Source: Octopus sinensis (lineage: Eukaryota). Taken from it: 38,000 nt of DNA. The translations under genes and the position numbers were made by a program. How positions within the stretch are numbered: the stretch's first letter is position 1; the number at the start of each line of letters is the position of its first letter. The DNA lies in contig NW_021824697.1 of assembly GCF_006345805.1 (NCBI RefSeq), positions 1 through 38,000 on the forward strand. The letters run 5' to 3'. A model generated the notes under the pieces. That model did not search any database. It was not told the origin of the DNA and saw nothing but the letters and a program-made list of their open reading frames with translations. This document shows positions 12,380-25,984 of this stretch, piece after piece.

Positions 12380-12441
<62 letters not shown>
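9711..12441. repeat. Tandem duplication of a ~1.34-kb unit (copy 1 9711-11052, copy 2 11053-12441)
   Basis: Both copies start acccatgctagcatggaaagtggatgctaaacgatac and stay collinear to the terminal (TACA)n(TA)n array. The offset is 1342 at the start and 1339 after three 1-nt indels. Confidence 0.95.
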
Positions 12442-12443
<2 letters not shown>

Positions 12444-13547
12444 TCTACCACTCTGCCTTATAGTAAGAATGACTACAAATGAAAATGTGGTTGTACACTT
12501 TCTCACACTAACTGATGCTCACATGAATATCAAAATATTCAATAGAAATACAGTCAAAGATATCTATAGTTGCCTTCTAATCACAGGTTAACAAACCTTC
12601 AACCACAATAAAAAAAAAAGATTAACTCAAGCAATGCTCTACTATGAACATGTGATTTCAGGTTCCTTGAAAACTGTCCTTTGAACATAAAAGTGGATTG
12701 GGAAGGAACTGGTATAGAGCTGATATCTTTAACAATATACAGAACCGATATCTTTGATTTAGATGGCATGACAAGGAGTTGTATTGGACTTAACAGTATG
12801 TGTTCATTGTATAGCTTTAATCATTTAGAGATAGAAGCAAGCATAATGCTTCATCTCTTTCTGAGTTTATATGATTTTGAAGTATCACGAGCTTGTCATT
12901 TTACCTCCAAATTGGTGAATTATTATTAAAAACCCCAAATACAATAGGTAAGGCAACAGATGTAACCCTTGTTTAGCAAAGAAGTTAAATATATTAATCT
13001 TTCCTGCAAATACACACCACATCAAGGAAGAAACATTCACATTTGGCCCACATATAAAGCACTTTAGTTTATAAAACTTTACACGCATCCCAGTCCTAAT
13101 CATACAAAAAATCCAAGCAGTCTAACTCAGGTCTATTCCCAACACCTTGCGCCTTTCTTTCCCCAAATCACTACCACATCATATTTACCACCCTAACCTC
13201 CTAAACCCTCTCTCATACCCACCACTAACACCATGCACTCACTCACTCGTGTGTGTGTGTGTGTTTGTGGTTGTGTCTTAGGGAAGATCACTATGCCAAT
13301 ATTATTAACACACGCACTGGTTCAATTCCACTCCTTCTTTATTGTTAGTCGATTTGTTAAATATCCAATTGTTTGTTAAACAGTAAGTTTTTCTTTTTTT
13401 ATGTCAAAGCTCTTTTGTTGTTATTTGTAACCTTTTCAATGACTTCTCTCTTCATCCATTATGGAAGCTGTCTTTGTTGGTCTGAGATCTTGTTGCATAC
13501 AAATATGTGCATACCAGTGTGCTTGCGTATGTATGTATGTATGTCTC

Positions 13548-15128
13548 TTTTTTTTTAATTATTATAAATCTTCCACTGAGGAGAGAGCCGGTTTCCAACA
13601 AAAATAGAAGGCTTCATCTTTGGGATGTAGTTAACATAGACAAATTCACATTTGGAACTTGAGAAAACTCTTGCATATTTTTACTGTTCCACTCACGGAT
13701 TACACTTGTAATGTACGGATTAACCGGTGGATTCCCCTTTCTGAAAATCTCAGTTTATCCAGATTCTCCTTTAAGCATTTACTAACAAAACCCAGTGCTC
13801 CAATTATTATTGGTATGAATATGAATTCGTAGTCTCGATATAGAAGCTGGAGGTTTCGAAGCAGTTGTCCATAGACATCCTCTTTTACATTGATTTTCAA
13901 AGAGATATTTATATCTACAAGGCAGCTGACCTCTATGATGGCACATACCTTTGGCCCTCTGTCTCAAACAACAATATCCGGCCTGTTATGTTTACATTTG
14001 ACAGAAGCTTTGATGGGAATATTCCGCCAGTGTTCCTTGAGTTGGTGTTTATGAATGTATTCCATAACAGAAGGATTTTCTAAGTTTATTTCAAGACAGT
14101 TTCTTTTTGCGTATGGAATTGTAAATTGTTTTAGCAACAATATTGTGTCGCATAGGGAGGTAGTACCATGACGACATTTTAGGACAGCTGCTAATCACAT
14201 GCGTAATGTCTTCCACAGAAACATGACATAGCCTACACATACAGTTGTACCTTGGGATTATAAGAGCATCACTGTCTCTCTTGTTCACCAGGTACTTTGT
14301 AGCAATCTCCTGTTCCTGGATTGCAAATGAATAGCCTTCAAAGTGTGATGTAGTGGTCTTGTGCCCAAGAGAGGCTGCACTTTGTGTCAATTCTACTGTC
14401 TTCTTCAAGCTTTCGGGCAACATACCCATGCATGGTCTTCTTTTTGTATGTTGAGTGCTTTCACTCCAGGTCTTCTCTGAGGTAAGAGAGCCCAGCTGTT
14501 TTGGGGCTGCATAGGCGATCATCAGGAAGAGAGTGTTTCTTGAGGAATTCACTGCCAAATCGTACAATGTTGCTCACTTCATTTTTCAGCACTGAAACTA
14601 TATATTTATTTTTGCTGCTGTTGTTCAGCAAGTGCCGCCTGAGTGAGACCATACGGCATTCGAAGGCCGTTTGCACTGATCTCAGGCCTCTGCCACCTTC
14701 ATTTCTTCTTCGATAGAGCCTGTCAACATCACTGTTTCTGTGGAAGTTCCCAGTTGTTGTCAAGATTTTGTAGTTATCTATGGAGTGGATTTCTTCTACA
14801 GACCAATAAAGTATCCCAAATGTTGGGATCAGCACTGGTACTGCAAATGCATTGTGGGATATTGTTTTGTTGTAAGAGGAGAGTTCCGACTGCCATATTT
14901 TCCTAAGTCTGGTGTGACATTCTCGGGTCACTCTATCTTTATTCACAGTGCCTTCATATGATACATTTTCGTCTATGCCTAGGCACTTGTAATATTCTTT
15001 GTGTGGAATGGGGGAGATAGAGAGACCATTGATGCACAGGTTTTGGGTTTGAGGGACTGACTTTCCTCATTCTATAACCATATATGAACATTTCTTTTTG
15101 CCAAATTGCATGCTTATATCAGCTGAAA
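13548..15128 (-). mobile_element. 5'-truncated, decayed non-LTR retrotransposon of R4/Dong type (RT C-terminus, CCHC knuckle, restriction-like endonuclease, 3' UTR, A tail)
   Basis: Broken minus-strand frames give FGKKKCSYMVIE..YYKCLGI (late RT motifs), DVDRLYRRRNEGGRGLRSV (R4/Dong-like), CRLCHVSVEDITHVISSC (C-x2-C-x8-H-x4-C), RHNIVAK, RPDIVV..IIEVSC..KEDVY and PIIIGALG (PD-(D/E)xK RLE). The 3' end is TTTATAATAATT followed by A9 (plus-strand T-run 13548-13556). It carries stops and frameshifts. Confidence 0.9.
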
Positions 15129-15659
15129 ATGTATGTATGTATGTATGTATGTATGTATGTATGTATGTATGTGTGTGTGTGTGTATGCATGTACATATGT
15201 AATCTTCTGTATGTATATATATATATATATATATATTCCTCTGTGTGTGTATGTGTGGTATGTGCTTGCCTTGTGTATTTATGGATGTGCTTATGTATGT
15301 GTGTATGTGCATATACATGGTGTGTGTGGTTTGTATGAATGGTGTGTCTGCATGTGTGTGCATGATGGTTCCTACACAAAAAGAGGAACCCCAAAACACA
15401 GTTACTATAACAGAAATTCCAGGGCAAATCCATATCCTTATATATATTGTTAAGTTAGTGAAGGGTTGATTAGGTATTTTTACCCGGGGAGTTCTTCTCC
15501 AAGAGGCAAGTCTAGGCAAGGTTTATTTGGAAACCTTGTAGTTTTTCTTGCAACAAGTTTCTATTCTCCATTCAACTGATGTTGTCTTAATGAAGGGCGA
15601 GGACTTATACAGTTTTGCACCAGTGTTGTCACAGACAGACTGTAAATGTAAACAGCCAG

Positions 15660-15795
15660 AATAAATATTCTTGATCCACCGCCCCAGGTTATTATTATCA
15701 ACACTCGAAGGACAAAAGTTAAAGTTGGCCTTCTGGGTTTTTGAATTCAGGATCTAATAAACCCTGAATAACTACAAGACATTTTATTTGCCAGT
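15660..15795 (-). mobile_element. Highly decayed SINE head
   Basis: The reverse complement has gaattcaaaaacccagaaggccaactttaacttttgtccttcgagtgttgataat, resembling the head at 28890-29112. Confidence 0.35.
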
Positions 15796-16910
15796 CTCGC
15801 AATTATGCCTTTCCAGCACCTGAAGGAAATATCTTGGTTTAAAATTCTAACCATATTCTAAAAAGAATAAGTTTTCAATTCTAGTCATTTCGAGTTTATA
15901 ATAAATGTCTCTATATCATAATTGAAGTATCTAATGAATTTTCATTAAAATCTCACTGGATTTTAATTATTACAAATTATTATAAGTATTATTGTAAGTT
16001 TGGAGACTACAGATGACTAAAGCAACTGCCAAATGTAGAAAAATCAAAAATCAAAAAAAAAGAAAGTTAAAAAAGTTAATTTCTACTTTTTATAGATTAT
16101 TGAATAAATGGAAGTGGTGTGGAGGGGTGTATATTGTTTACTTTTACATCTGTGAGAAATTCTATCCCTAAAGGTTGTTTAGAATGGCTGAGAATAATGG
16201 AAATAAATGATATTCCTTGACAATGAAACAAATATTTGCTAAAACTCAATTGAAAAATGCAATGTTAAAAGTAAACATGGATTACTAGGGGAGAAAATGA
16301 TTCATATTTTTCGATTTATTTTCTACACTTCTTCTGGAAATGCCTGAAGACATTAAAAGACAACTTTTAAAAATAAATAGTAGATTAATTAAAGGATTTG
16401 GCAAATTCTCCGTGTTGGCATAATTAGGAAATCTGCAGCAAATAATTCATTAGGCTGAAATATAATTTGAAATGATATTTAACGTTAAATCAAACCTCAT
16501 TTAAAATTATATGGAAATCTTTTTGGACTTTCATGGGTTTCTCTTTAACAAATCAATAAATATTTCCCATATTTAGTTCTATATCATATTTATATTTAGC
16601 TCTATATCAATTTATCGTTGTTTTATTACAGTGGCAGGCATTGGACATGTTTTCAAATTCAAACATTTGCTTGTTTTTACAGCAAACGTTAATATGTCCC
16701 TTGTTACCAGTTATTCTTCAACAAAGCATTGTTTCATGTCTTCTGGCCATTAGAGATTGTACGAGCAGAGTTAGAGTTCATGTGTTGTAGAAATTTAATC
16801 TCTTCATCCACATCTATCAACAACATTATCAAAAATATGTATTATATAGATTTTCAACAACACATATATTATTATTATTAAAATATGTTGTCAATATCAT
16901 CGACAAGATA

Positions 16911-16941
<31 letters not shown>

Positions 16942-18674
16942 TGTGTGTATACATATATATACATACTCAAATACACACATATTTTCTGATGAAGAATTGT
17001 GAATGAATATTTATATTGTAATATTTTTAGCAATTTTTATTCCCAACCAACTTTGTCATTTCCTCTTCATCTTTTTCAGATCCAGAGAAGCCAACATTAA
17101 CTCAAAAATTTCAACAACTGAACAAACCCTTCAAACTAACAGCAATCTATTTGATCCTGTTTTTCACACCAACTCAGGAGTTGATGGCAATTTCAATAAC
17201 TTTATGTTCCTAGCAGCTGGAGACATAAAAGATCCAATTCAAAAAAATCTTGTCTCATCTATCACATTCCACCATCATCAAATGTCCTTTATCAAAATTG
17301 GCACCAAAGTTATTTTCAGGAAAAACGATGCGGTGAAGGGGGGGGGGCACAAAAAACAATAAGCAAACAATGAGCTCAAAACTTTGAAAGATTTGCTGTG
17401 GGTAAGCATTGAAAGAGTAATGGCTATAAAGGGCAGTTTGAAACCCCCATAAAGGGCAGCTGTAAAGAAAAAATCAAAGTCATACAAAACATGTTGCTAG
17501 AGTGGAAATTATTTCAAATAAACACATCAAAAATTCTACTGACAATGCTAGTAAAACTAAGACATTTAAATCTCCAAAACTATTTCCAAGGATTCTGCGA
17601 GCCAGGAAGCTTCCTGCATTGGGGAGGAAAAATACAAAATATTATTGGATAGCATTATGTCAAAAATTGTAAATAAAATAAAAGATAAAAAAAAAATAAA
17701 TAGTTCAGTAAGGAACAAAAACAAAGCAAAAATGTCCAGTGTATAAATAAAATAAAAGATATTTTTTTTTAATATAGAAATTTCATTTCTTTTATTCTTT
17801 ACCTACATCATTTGTGATCTATTCATTTACTCCTTTCACTAAACCGAGTAAAAATAAAAACCAAATTTACTTTTCATCTTTTCGATGAATAAGATCACAA
17901 AGTAAATATGGATAGAATCTTTCGATAAACGGCAATGCCTTTGAACTGCCCCCTGCTCTTTTTAATAGACCTACACTGGAATATACTTGTACAATACAAG
18001 TCCATTGCCAATAATGTTATTGTGCTGGAGAAGAAATATTTACATTATTCTCTTTCCTGCCAGGATTTTCTTTAATCCTGGTGATGTGATAAACTTGAAA
18101 TTGAAGTAATTCTTCATAATTGAAACCACCTTTGAGAGAGTTCCATTTGTAAAGTCTGCTGGAAGACAACTGATTTTTTATGAACTCTGTCAATTTATTC
18201 TCTTGAATAAGATGAAAAAAAAATTAAATTCTTTATTTCTCTGAGAATGCCGTAGAACTACAAAATTCTTTTTATCCTGAGTCTTATATCAGAAGGCATA
18301 AAACAAAATCTCTATTCAACTGTTATTGCCAATAAATATTGGCTAATAAATGCAGAGTTTTTCAAGAATGAAATGAAATCTGCTGAAGAACATAAAATAT
18401 ATCAAAGTTATTTTTTAATATATTTTTATCAGCAATAAAACTCGACACAAAAGCAATGTGGTGCCCAATCTATAATATTGCAACTGACTAGTGGAAAATG
18501 GTCAAATAATTTCCAAACAGAAAAAAACAAGACAAAAATCAAATCAAAACAATTTATATATATATATATAAAAAAAGCATAAAAATGCTCTTGTTCATAA
18601 TTCTATTTTTTTCAATGAGGCGAGGGTGTATATTGCATTAGTTTGAAGAGAAAGAGAGAGAGAGAGGAAGAGAG

Positions 18675-18710
<36 letters not shown>

Positions 18711-20311
18711 CATATATATATACATTGTGTTAGTTTGAACAACAATAATTCCACTTGCTTATTGCAGCCTGCTACTGAATTTGCTCAATTTTTCATGGAA
18801 ACAATCTAAGTTGTTTGGTTTAATTATTACCCCTTATCTGATATGTTTACTCATGTTCCGTGTAGCACATAAATTCACCAATATGGCTCAGATCAACCCT
18901 TTTACACAACTTCAAAAGACCATAAGGCTAAAATTGTAAATATTAGCTTTGAACAAACTTCCTTTCTTTATTCTTTCTAGCTTTGAAAACATGTTGGTTC
19001 GGAATAATTCCTAATCTTTAAACTTTCAAGTTTGTAAGGAATATATATTAAAATAGCAGACTTGCCATGCACTTCTCCATTTATTAAATATTTTTTTATA
19101 TTTTCACTAATCAGTAACAATGATTATTTATTGAACTGAAGCTGAGCCGACAACTGTTTGACGCACATCTATTTCTTGCCATAAACCGCAAATTAAAAAG
19201 AAATGCATTAACAAAAGGATTTCTTTTTCTTCTTTCATTCTATCCTCTCTTTCTCTCTGTCTTCTTTTTTAAAAATTATTGGTTTTGTTTTATGTTTTTT
19301 TTTGCTTACTTTTGCTTAAATAAACTAATTATAAACATTTTTATCTTTGTTTCAAAAAACTCATATCTCATAGCAAAACATTTGCTCTTGTTAATCTTCA
19401 TTTGTGCTGCATTTACCAAAAACAAAATAATAATAATAATAATGATAAATAAATAAATAAATAAATGAATAAACAAATAACAAGTTAGAAAGGAAAAACA
19501 AACATGAAAAATATTAATTTACTCGAAGGAACCACTGCAATAAATGTTAGACTTGTATTTTTGTAAATATTAAAAAAACAAACTAAAAACAAAAAGATTT
19601 AAAAAAATGAAAATAGAATTAATTGACATAAAAAAACACACACAAAAATCATCACCAAAAATCCTTAATAAAAATAAAAATGACGGTAAGGAAAAATTTA
19701 ATGAAAACAATATCGTAAAAAGATATAAAACTGCAGAGAGTTGAAAATTAATCTGAATCCAGTGAGAGATGAAGTTAAAGCAAGCAGCATGCCTTTTACC
19801 ATTTCTAGCAGAACAGATGTTTCATGGAGGCTGCTACTGCCGTTACTGCCGCTGCTACCGCTACTATTGCTGCTGCTGCTACTACTACTGCTGCTCCCTG
19901 TTAGAAACTCTTTCATTCTCCCCTCCTTTTACCTCCTCCTCCTCCTGGCTATCCTACTCCTCCTCCTCCTACTCCTCAACCTATCAAATGTTTGTTCCTG
20001 TGTGATTGAAGAAAACTCTTTAAAATATGGCGAAAGCAGCCACAGAAAAAAAAACAACTAAACCCGAAACCACCTCCCCCACCGTTTCGTCTTGCCTCCC
20101 CCCCACATACTTCGTTACACTTTATTTCATTATAATTGTCTTTCACATGTTTTAGAAGGTGGCTTTTCTTTCCTTTCCATTTTACTCATTTAATTTATAT
20201 TTTTGTCTTTGTTATTTCCTTTCTTTAATATATATATATATATATATATAAATATATATATGTGTGTGTGTGTGTGTTTGTATGTATACATGTGAGTATA
20301 TGTGTGTGTGT

Positions 20312-20354
<43 letters not shown>

Positions 20355-20669
20355 GGTGCATGTATGTCTCTCTCTCTCTATATATATGTATGAATATATA
20401 GTTTTTTCCCCCAGCTTTTTTCTTTTAATCTGGCCCATTAGATTTTTAGCACACCATTCTGTTACCAGGCAACAGTGGACAGGAAACAGCACCAGTAACT
20501 ATGTATAAAACTGTTGTTGGTGACTCCCCCATCTTCCCCCATCACCACGAACAACAACAACAACGTCAACATCACGAAAAACCAGCACAACCACCACCAT
20601 CAGCAACTTTAGAGATGCTATCATGAGGAGATGAAGGGTAAATGAGAAAAATTGAGAAGAAAGAGAAGA

Positions 20670-21004
20670 GAAATGAGAAAAGAGAAGAAGAAGAAGAAGA
20701 AGAAGAAGAAGAAGAAGAAGAAGAAGAAGAAGAGAAGGGGATGAGAGAGAAATCAATATTTAGTGTAGCATCAAAGACAGATTTCTAAAAGTAAAAAATA
20801 AAATAAGAAAAATTAAACAAATATTTTTTAAAAATGATAAAACAAAGACAAAATAAAATAAATTTTCTCAGTTCAGATCAGAAAATTATAGATTGCTCAT
20901 CACCATCATCAGCATCATCACAATCATCAGAATTATTATTATTATTATTATTATTATAACTGTTGTAGTTATTGTTGTTTTTGTTACCATTGTTGTTGTT
21001 GTTA

Positions 21005-21070
<66 letters not shown>

Positions 21071-21245
21071 GTGTAGCCAGTATTATTTTCTTCCTATTTT
21101 TTTGAAGCAGAAATTTCATAAAGCCATGGGAATCACAATACAAAGTCAAGAGAATAATAATAATAATAATAACAACAACAACAACAACATCAACTGATGA
21201 CAATAATAATTATCGTAAAATTCATAATTATAATAATGATAGTAA
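20670..21245. repeat. Trinucleotide arrays (AGA)n, (CAT)n, (ATT)n, (GTT)n, (AAT)n, (AAC)n
   Basis: Direct reading. These give the poly-L, poly-I and poly-V ORFs in the track. Confidence 0.9.
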
Positions 21246-21656
21246 TGGTAGAAATAAGCAACCCCCCCTCCTCCTGCTTTTTGTCCAAAAGAAAAAAAAA
21301 GATGGCCGTAAACAATAAAATGCTGGAAGATCTGAAGAGATTTAGTGCGAAATATTTGTGATATGGGGGGTGGTATGAAAGAGAAGGGGGGATGAGGGTC
21401 AAGATGGAATCGTTTCTAGATGAGTGAGATAGACTGAGCTATTTGATGTTGGTAGTACTAGTTAATAGTAATAGATTGATGAAGACTATTGACTAAAGAG
21501 GGAAACATCTGGTCTTTATTCACTCAAAGATGAGATAAAACACACTCACATATGCACACATAGATACATATACAAATACACACACACACACACACACACA
21601 CATATGCACACTCATGCACAGGTGTACACATTCAATTCATACATATATTTATACAA

Positions 21657-21689
<33 letters not shown>

Positions 21690-22315
21690 TAGATAGATAG
21701 ATAGACAGGTATATAGATATGTGTATATATACATACATACACACATATATCCACATATGCATGCATATGTACACACATGAGCATGTGCATACATACATAC
21801 ATATATTTATATATACACATGCGTACACACACACACACACACACACACTCATATATAAACACAAATACATACATTTATATGAGTGTGTGTGTGTGTTTGT
21901 GTGTTTGTGTGTGTTTTTTGTGCATGAGATGATACTGAGCTTGTTGTACCCAGTGCTCAGTTGTCGAACAGCTCATTGGGAAAGAGTAAAAGAAGGGGGA
22001 CAAAAGGCAGCCATATGTCAAGCAGAGTGACAGCAATGAAAGCCAAAAGTAGATGCATGGTATCCAGAATGAAATAGAAAAAGACAAAAAGTGGAGATTA
22101 AAGGAGTCAAAAAAGGAAAGGGTACATAAGTGCATCAAGGGAAGTGTTGGTGAATTTCAGGAAGCAAGGAATTTTCAAAGGATGAAGTATCTAGGAATAA
22201 TATTTTCAAAGTCATGGCTACATATTTTATAAGCATGTCTATGGGTGGAAGAGATATTGAATTTTAAAAAAGGGGCCAAAGTTGTTGTTGACTTTTACCA
22301 AGTCAGCCCCTAAAG

Positions 22316-22499
22316 CAGTGTTTCTCACAGTTTTTGGTATCCAAACCTGGGTTTTTTTAGGGGGTTGCACCAAAACAAGTAAAACACCTGTCAGTTAAAG
22401 AAAAATTTATTATATTTATAAGCAGAAGACCATTAGGGGGCCACTGGAAGGATGCTTAAGGGCTACATGTGACCTGGGTGCTGTGGTTGAGAACTACTG
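22316..22499. mobile_element. hAT (Charlie-like) MITE remnant, 184 bp
   Basis: Termini are cagtgtttctcac... and ...gttgagaactactg (reverse complement cagtagttctcaac), the CAGTGxTTCTCAA-type TIR of hAT-Charlie MITEs. The 8-bp flanks (ccctaaag / cacaagat) do not form a clear TSD. Confidence 0.55.
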
Positions 22500-23010
22500 C
22501 ACAAGATATTGAAACTGTTGTGTGTTGATATCCAGAGAAGTGATATGCTCAAGAAATGGTGACAGACAGATGTTATTCATTTGGTTGCACATCTTTGGAC
22601 AGCTCCTGGACAAAAAAGTGGCATTCCAGATGTGAGAGGCAAATCATAAGTGTAGATGTGCCATAGCCATTTATAGCTTTAAGCAAATAACTGTTGGGGA
22701 GCAGCTGAGGAAGGTGTTACTGTCTGATGTTAACACACTCTTGGCCTTTTTCACAATTTTATAAATGTTGGTTTGTGCAACGAAGACCACTGTTGATAAT
22801 AATGCCTTGGACTCAGTGACCAAAGCTGTTCACGTTTACTCAGGTGACCAAGGAGGGGATTTGAAGAACCAGGGTGGAAAGGGGAAAAATATGGTATAAG
22901 CAGCAAAGTTATTTGGGGTGGAGTTGGGGAGGGTGTGATGGGAAACAACAGAGGTAGACATGAGTAAGGGGTGGAGGAGGGGTTCAGATATATATACCAT
23001 TCATACCTGT

Positions 23011-23042
<32 letters not shown>

Positions 23043-23116
23043 CATGTCTATATATATATACTCACATATATATGTCTACATATACATGGCTATATATGTA
23101 TACACACACACATATA

Positions 23117-23220
23117 TCATCACCATCATCATCATTGGATGTTCGCTTTTCCATTCTTGCATAGATCAGATGAAATTTGTTGCAGGAGATCTTCTAAGGC
23201 TGGATGTTCATCCACACACA
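23117..23220 (-). mobile_element. Decayed (GAT)n-tailed SINE tail
   Basis: catcatcatcattggatgttcgctttccattcttgcatagatcagatg..aggctggatg parallels 3735-3870. Confidence 0.45.
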
Positions 23221-23849
23221 CACAGCTGAATATACACTCAAATATATATATGTACAGTACACCCCCTCACAACACACACCTATATATAATTCCGTCTTCT
23301 CTCTAATTGACGTTGAAATGCTAAAAATGGCTACATTTTGCTGATGTCACTCAACACCTGCATTCTTTTGATTAAAGAATAAAGACACAACACAATGAGT
23401 GTGTGCATGGGGATGGGATATGGAGGAGGGGTAATGTTAGATTATTTTTGGCAGAATGAAGGGAATGGTGCTTAAAATCTTTATTGTCGTCAATGGTGTG
23501 AATGGTGGCAGTCAACTATGGAATGAAGAGAAACTTCATTGAACATTTCCTTTAACCATAATTCCATAATGTTCCTTTACCCAAGCCATTATTGCCAATA
23601 TTCTGGCCATTATCACTGACTAAGCATCTATAACCGCCATCCCCCACCCTGTCCACCCCTTCCCCTACACTACCCACTGGTGCCACTAATATCTCCCCAT
23701 AATGGTTACAAGGAAGGGCTGAAGATTTCAGATAGGACAACATTTGGTTTATTTGTCTGCTTGTTTTTCTGTGGGGTTTTTTTGAGATATTTGGACAAAA
23801 TTTCAATGGTTTGGAATTACTTTGCTTTTATCCTTCATTTCATTGGTCA

Positions 23850-23886
<37 letters not shown>

Positions 23887-24036
23887 AGAAAGAAAAATAT
23901 ATAATCTCTTTATTTAGAATATATATATTAGTATACATACATACATACATACATATTTTTATTAATATTTAGCAGAAGTAAAATATACATACACGCATAT
24001 TTTGAGTTCAACTTTTCCTGTTTGCATTAACATACT

Positions 24037-24080
<44 letters not shown>

Positions 24081-24944
24081 ATATAATTAGAGGATATGTT
24101 AACCTCATGAAGGGATGGTTGCATCCAAGGAAATATTGGTTCAATACCTAGTATTTTTAGGGAACGAAATTCCTTTAAAACAATAGGGGTATATAGAGCA
24201 TAAGCTTATATCCGGTTAAAAGAAGAAAAGAAAATGGAGATAAGGAAGTTAATAATTATTTATTATTAAAAAATTGGTCATCTTTGCTTCTTACAGCCGT
24301 TTCAATTAATACTCAATAATTTAGTTACAAATTTGTAAATTAAATTTGCATCTATGTGACATGAGTATTATTTCATCAGAGACAGAAACAGATGCATTTT
24401 GAGATGTTATATGTGGACCTATCAATTCATTTTAGCAGACTCTGCTGAATTGTTAATTTCCTTTTCTTCTTTTAACTGGATGTATATATGTGTGTGTGTG
24501 TGTGTGTGTTGTGTGTGTGTGTGTGTGTGCACGTGTATGTGTGTGCGTGTGTGTACAGAGAGAGAGAGAGAGAGAGAGAGTGAGAAAGAAAGAGAAGTGT
24601 GTATGCTTGTGTGTGTGTATAAATCTAGAATATAATGCGATAGATTTATCAGAATTGCTATTTGGCTGTTGTAAACTTCATCAATAGCTTAATATCGTAG
24701 CAGTTTTACAGTTTCGTTTCTCTATTTGTATATCTATTTTTCTATCGTTATGCTTGTGTGTGTGTGTGAGTGCTTACATCTTAATTGTGTCTTCTTGTCT
24801 TGTCATTTGTGTACTGACTCTCAACAAAGTCACTGTTCATACAAAAACTGTCTCTTGCAAGCGAGGATAAAAGCACTTTAAAGTGATTATGAAAAGATGT
24901 TGATTATGATGATGATGATGATGACAATGATTTATCTATATAGG

Positions 24945-25137
<193 letters not shown>

Positions 25138-25688
25138 GGCGATCCCTGATGATGTCCTCAGTTGACGAACTATGGTCGTCCCTCAAAGCATATGTAATCT
25201 GGTTGACTGACCAAGCAGTTCCCGTTGGGCTTCCCAGGAAGAAGAAACACAAGCCCTGGGTGACAAAGAAGGTTAAACGAGAACTTCGACTCAGTGATAT
25301 TGCTTGGGCTGAATTCAAAAATCTAGATTCGACTGCAGCTTTTGAGGTGTACAAAACTCAACGAGACCGAGCCGTAAAAATTGAAAAGGAAGAACGCTTC
25401 AGATATGAATACAGAATCACGGCAAACACCAGTCGCAATCCAAAAACCTTCTTCGCCCATGACCAACGGAATTCCCGCTTGAACAACCAAATTGCAACGT
25501 TGGTAGACTCAACAGGCATATCGATTGAGGACCCTTATCAGCAGAGTCAGTTATTTGCCAAGTCTTTTTCAACAATTTTCAAACAAGATGATGGTCGTGA
25601 ACCCCCTCCATTTGATAGATCGCTACCTCCAATGCCTAGATTGGTCATCACTCGGAACGAAGTCGAACGCGTTATTCAAGGCCTCGAT
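25138..25688 (+). mobile_element. Internal ORF2 fragment (EN-RT linker) of a CR1/L2/Jockey-group LINE, open frame
   Basis: The stop-free frame [68 protein letters not shown] carries the typical linker motifs (PW, NPKxF, F..F, EV...L) that lie just upstream of RT. It is bounded by (TA)n on the left and (TATG)n on the right. Confidence 0.8.
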
Positions 25689-25876
25689 GTATGTATGTAT
25701 GTATGTATGTATGTATGTATGTATGTATGTATGTATGTATGTATATATATATGAGTGGTTTATATAAATTTAATTCCTGCTCTACAACTACACACATATA
25801 CATACAGTGAACTACATATATCATCATCATCATCATCATCGTTTATGATGATGATGATGATTATATATGTAGTTCA

Positions 25877-25919
<43 letters not shown>

Positions 25920-25984
25920 ATATATATATTATATAGTAACAGCTGTAGCAACCCTCAAACTAGATATGCTAATGCATTGTATCT

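Noticed and set aside
12681-12929. 82-aa plus ORF in non-repetitive sequence
   Set aside because: No recognisable motif on either strand. It could be an old TE relic, but I cannot support that.
15440-15650. Possible interspersed repeat next to the R4/Dong copy
   Set aside because: It looks repeat-like in composition, but there is no second copy in the window and no motif I can assign.
17003-17362. 119-aa plus-strand ORF with an acceptor-like ctttttcag
   Set aside because: No recognisable domain, no matching strong donor, and antisense to dac.
19800-19897. Possible next dac exon on minus (cag|GG AGC AGC..GAA ATG|gtaaaa; GSSSS..SLHETSVLLEM), phase-compatible with the exon at 30563
   Set aside because: Mostly a trinucleotide repeat, the sequence upstream of the AG is purine-rich with no pyrimidine tract, and it has no convincing similarity to Dac. 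RNA-seq junction reads would settle it.
20501-20626. Mini-ORF MYKTVVGDSPIFPHHHEQQQQRQ...
   Set aside because: Short and driven by (CAA)/(CAC) repeats.
22140-22210. KYLGI-like motif suggesting an RT remnant
   Set aside because: A single short motif without supporting upstream RT motifs.
23552-23806. 84-aa minus ORF with G/N-rich end
   Set aside because: No Dac or other motif and no clear splice sites.
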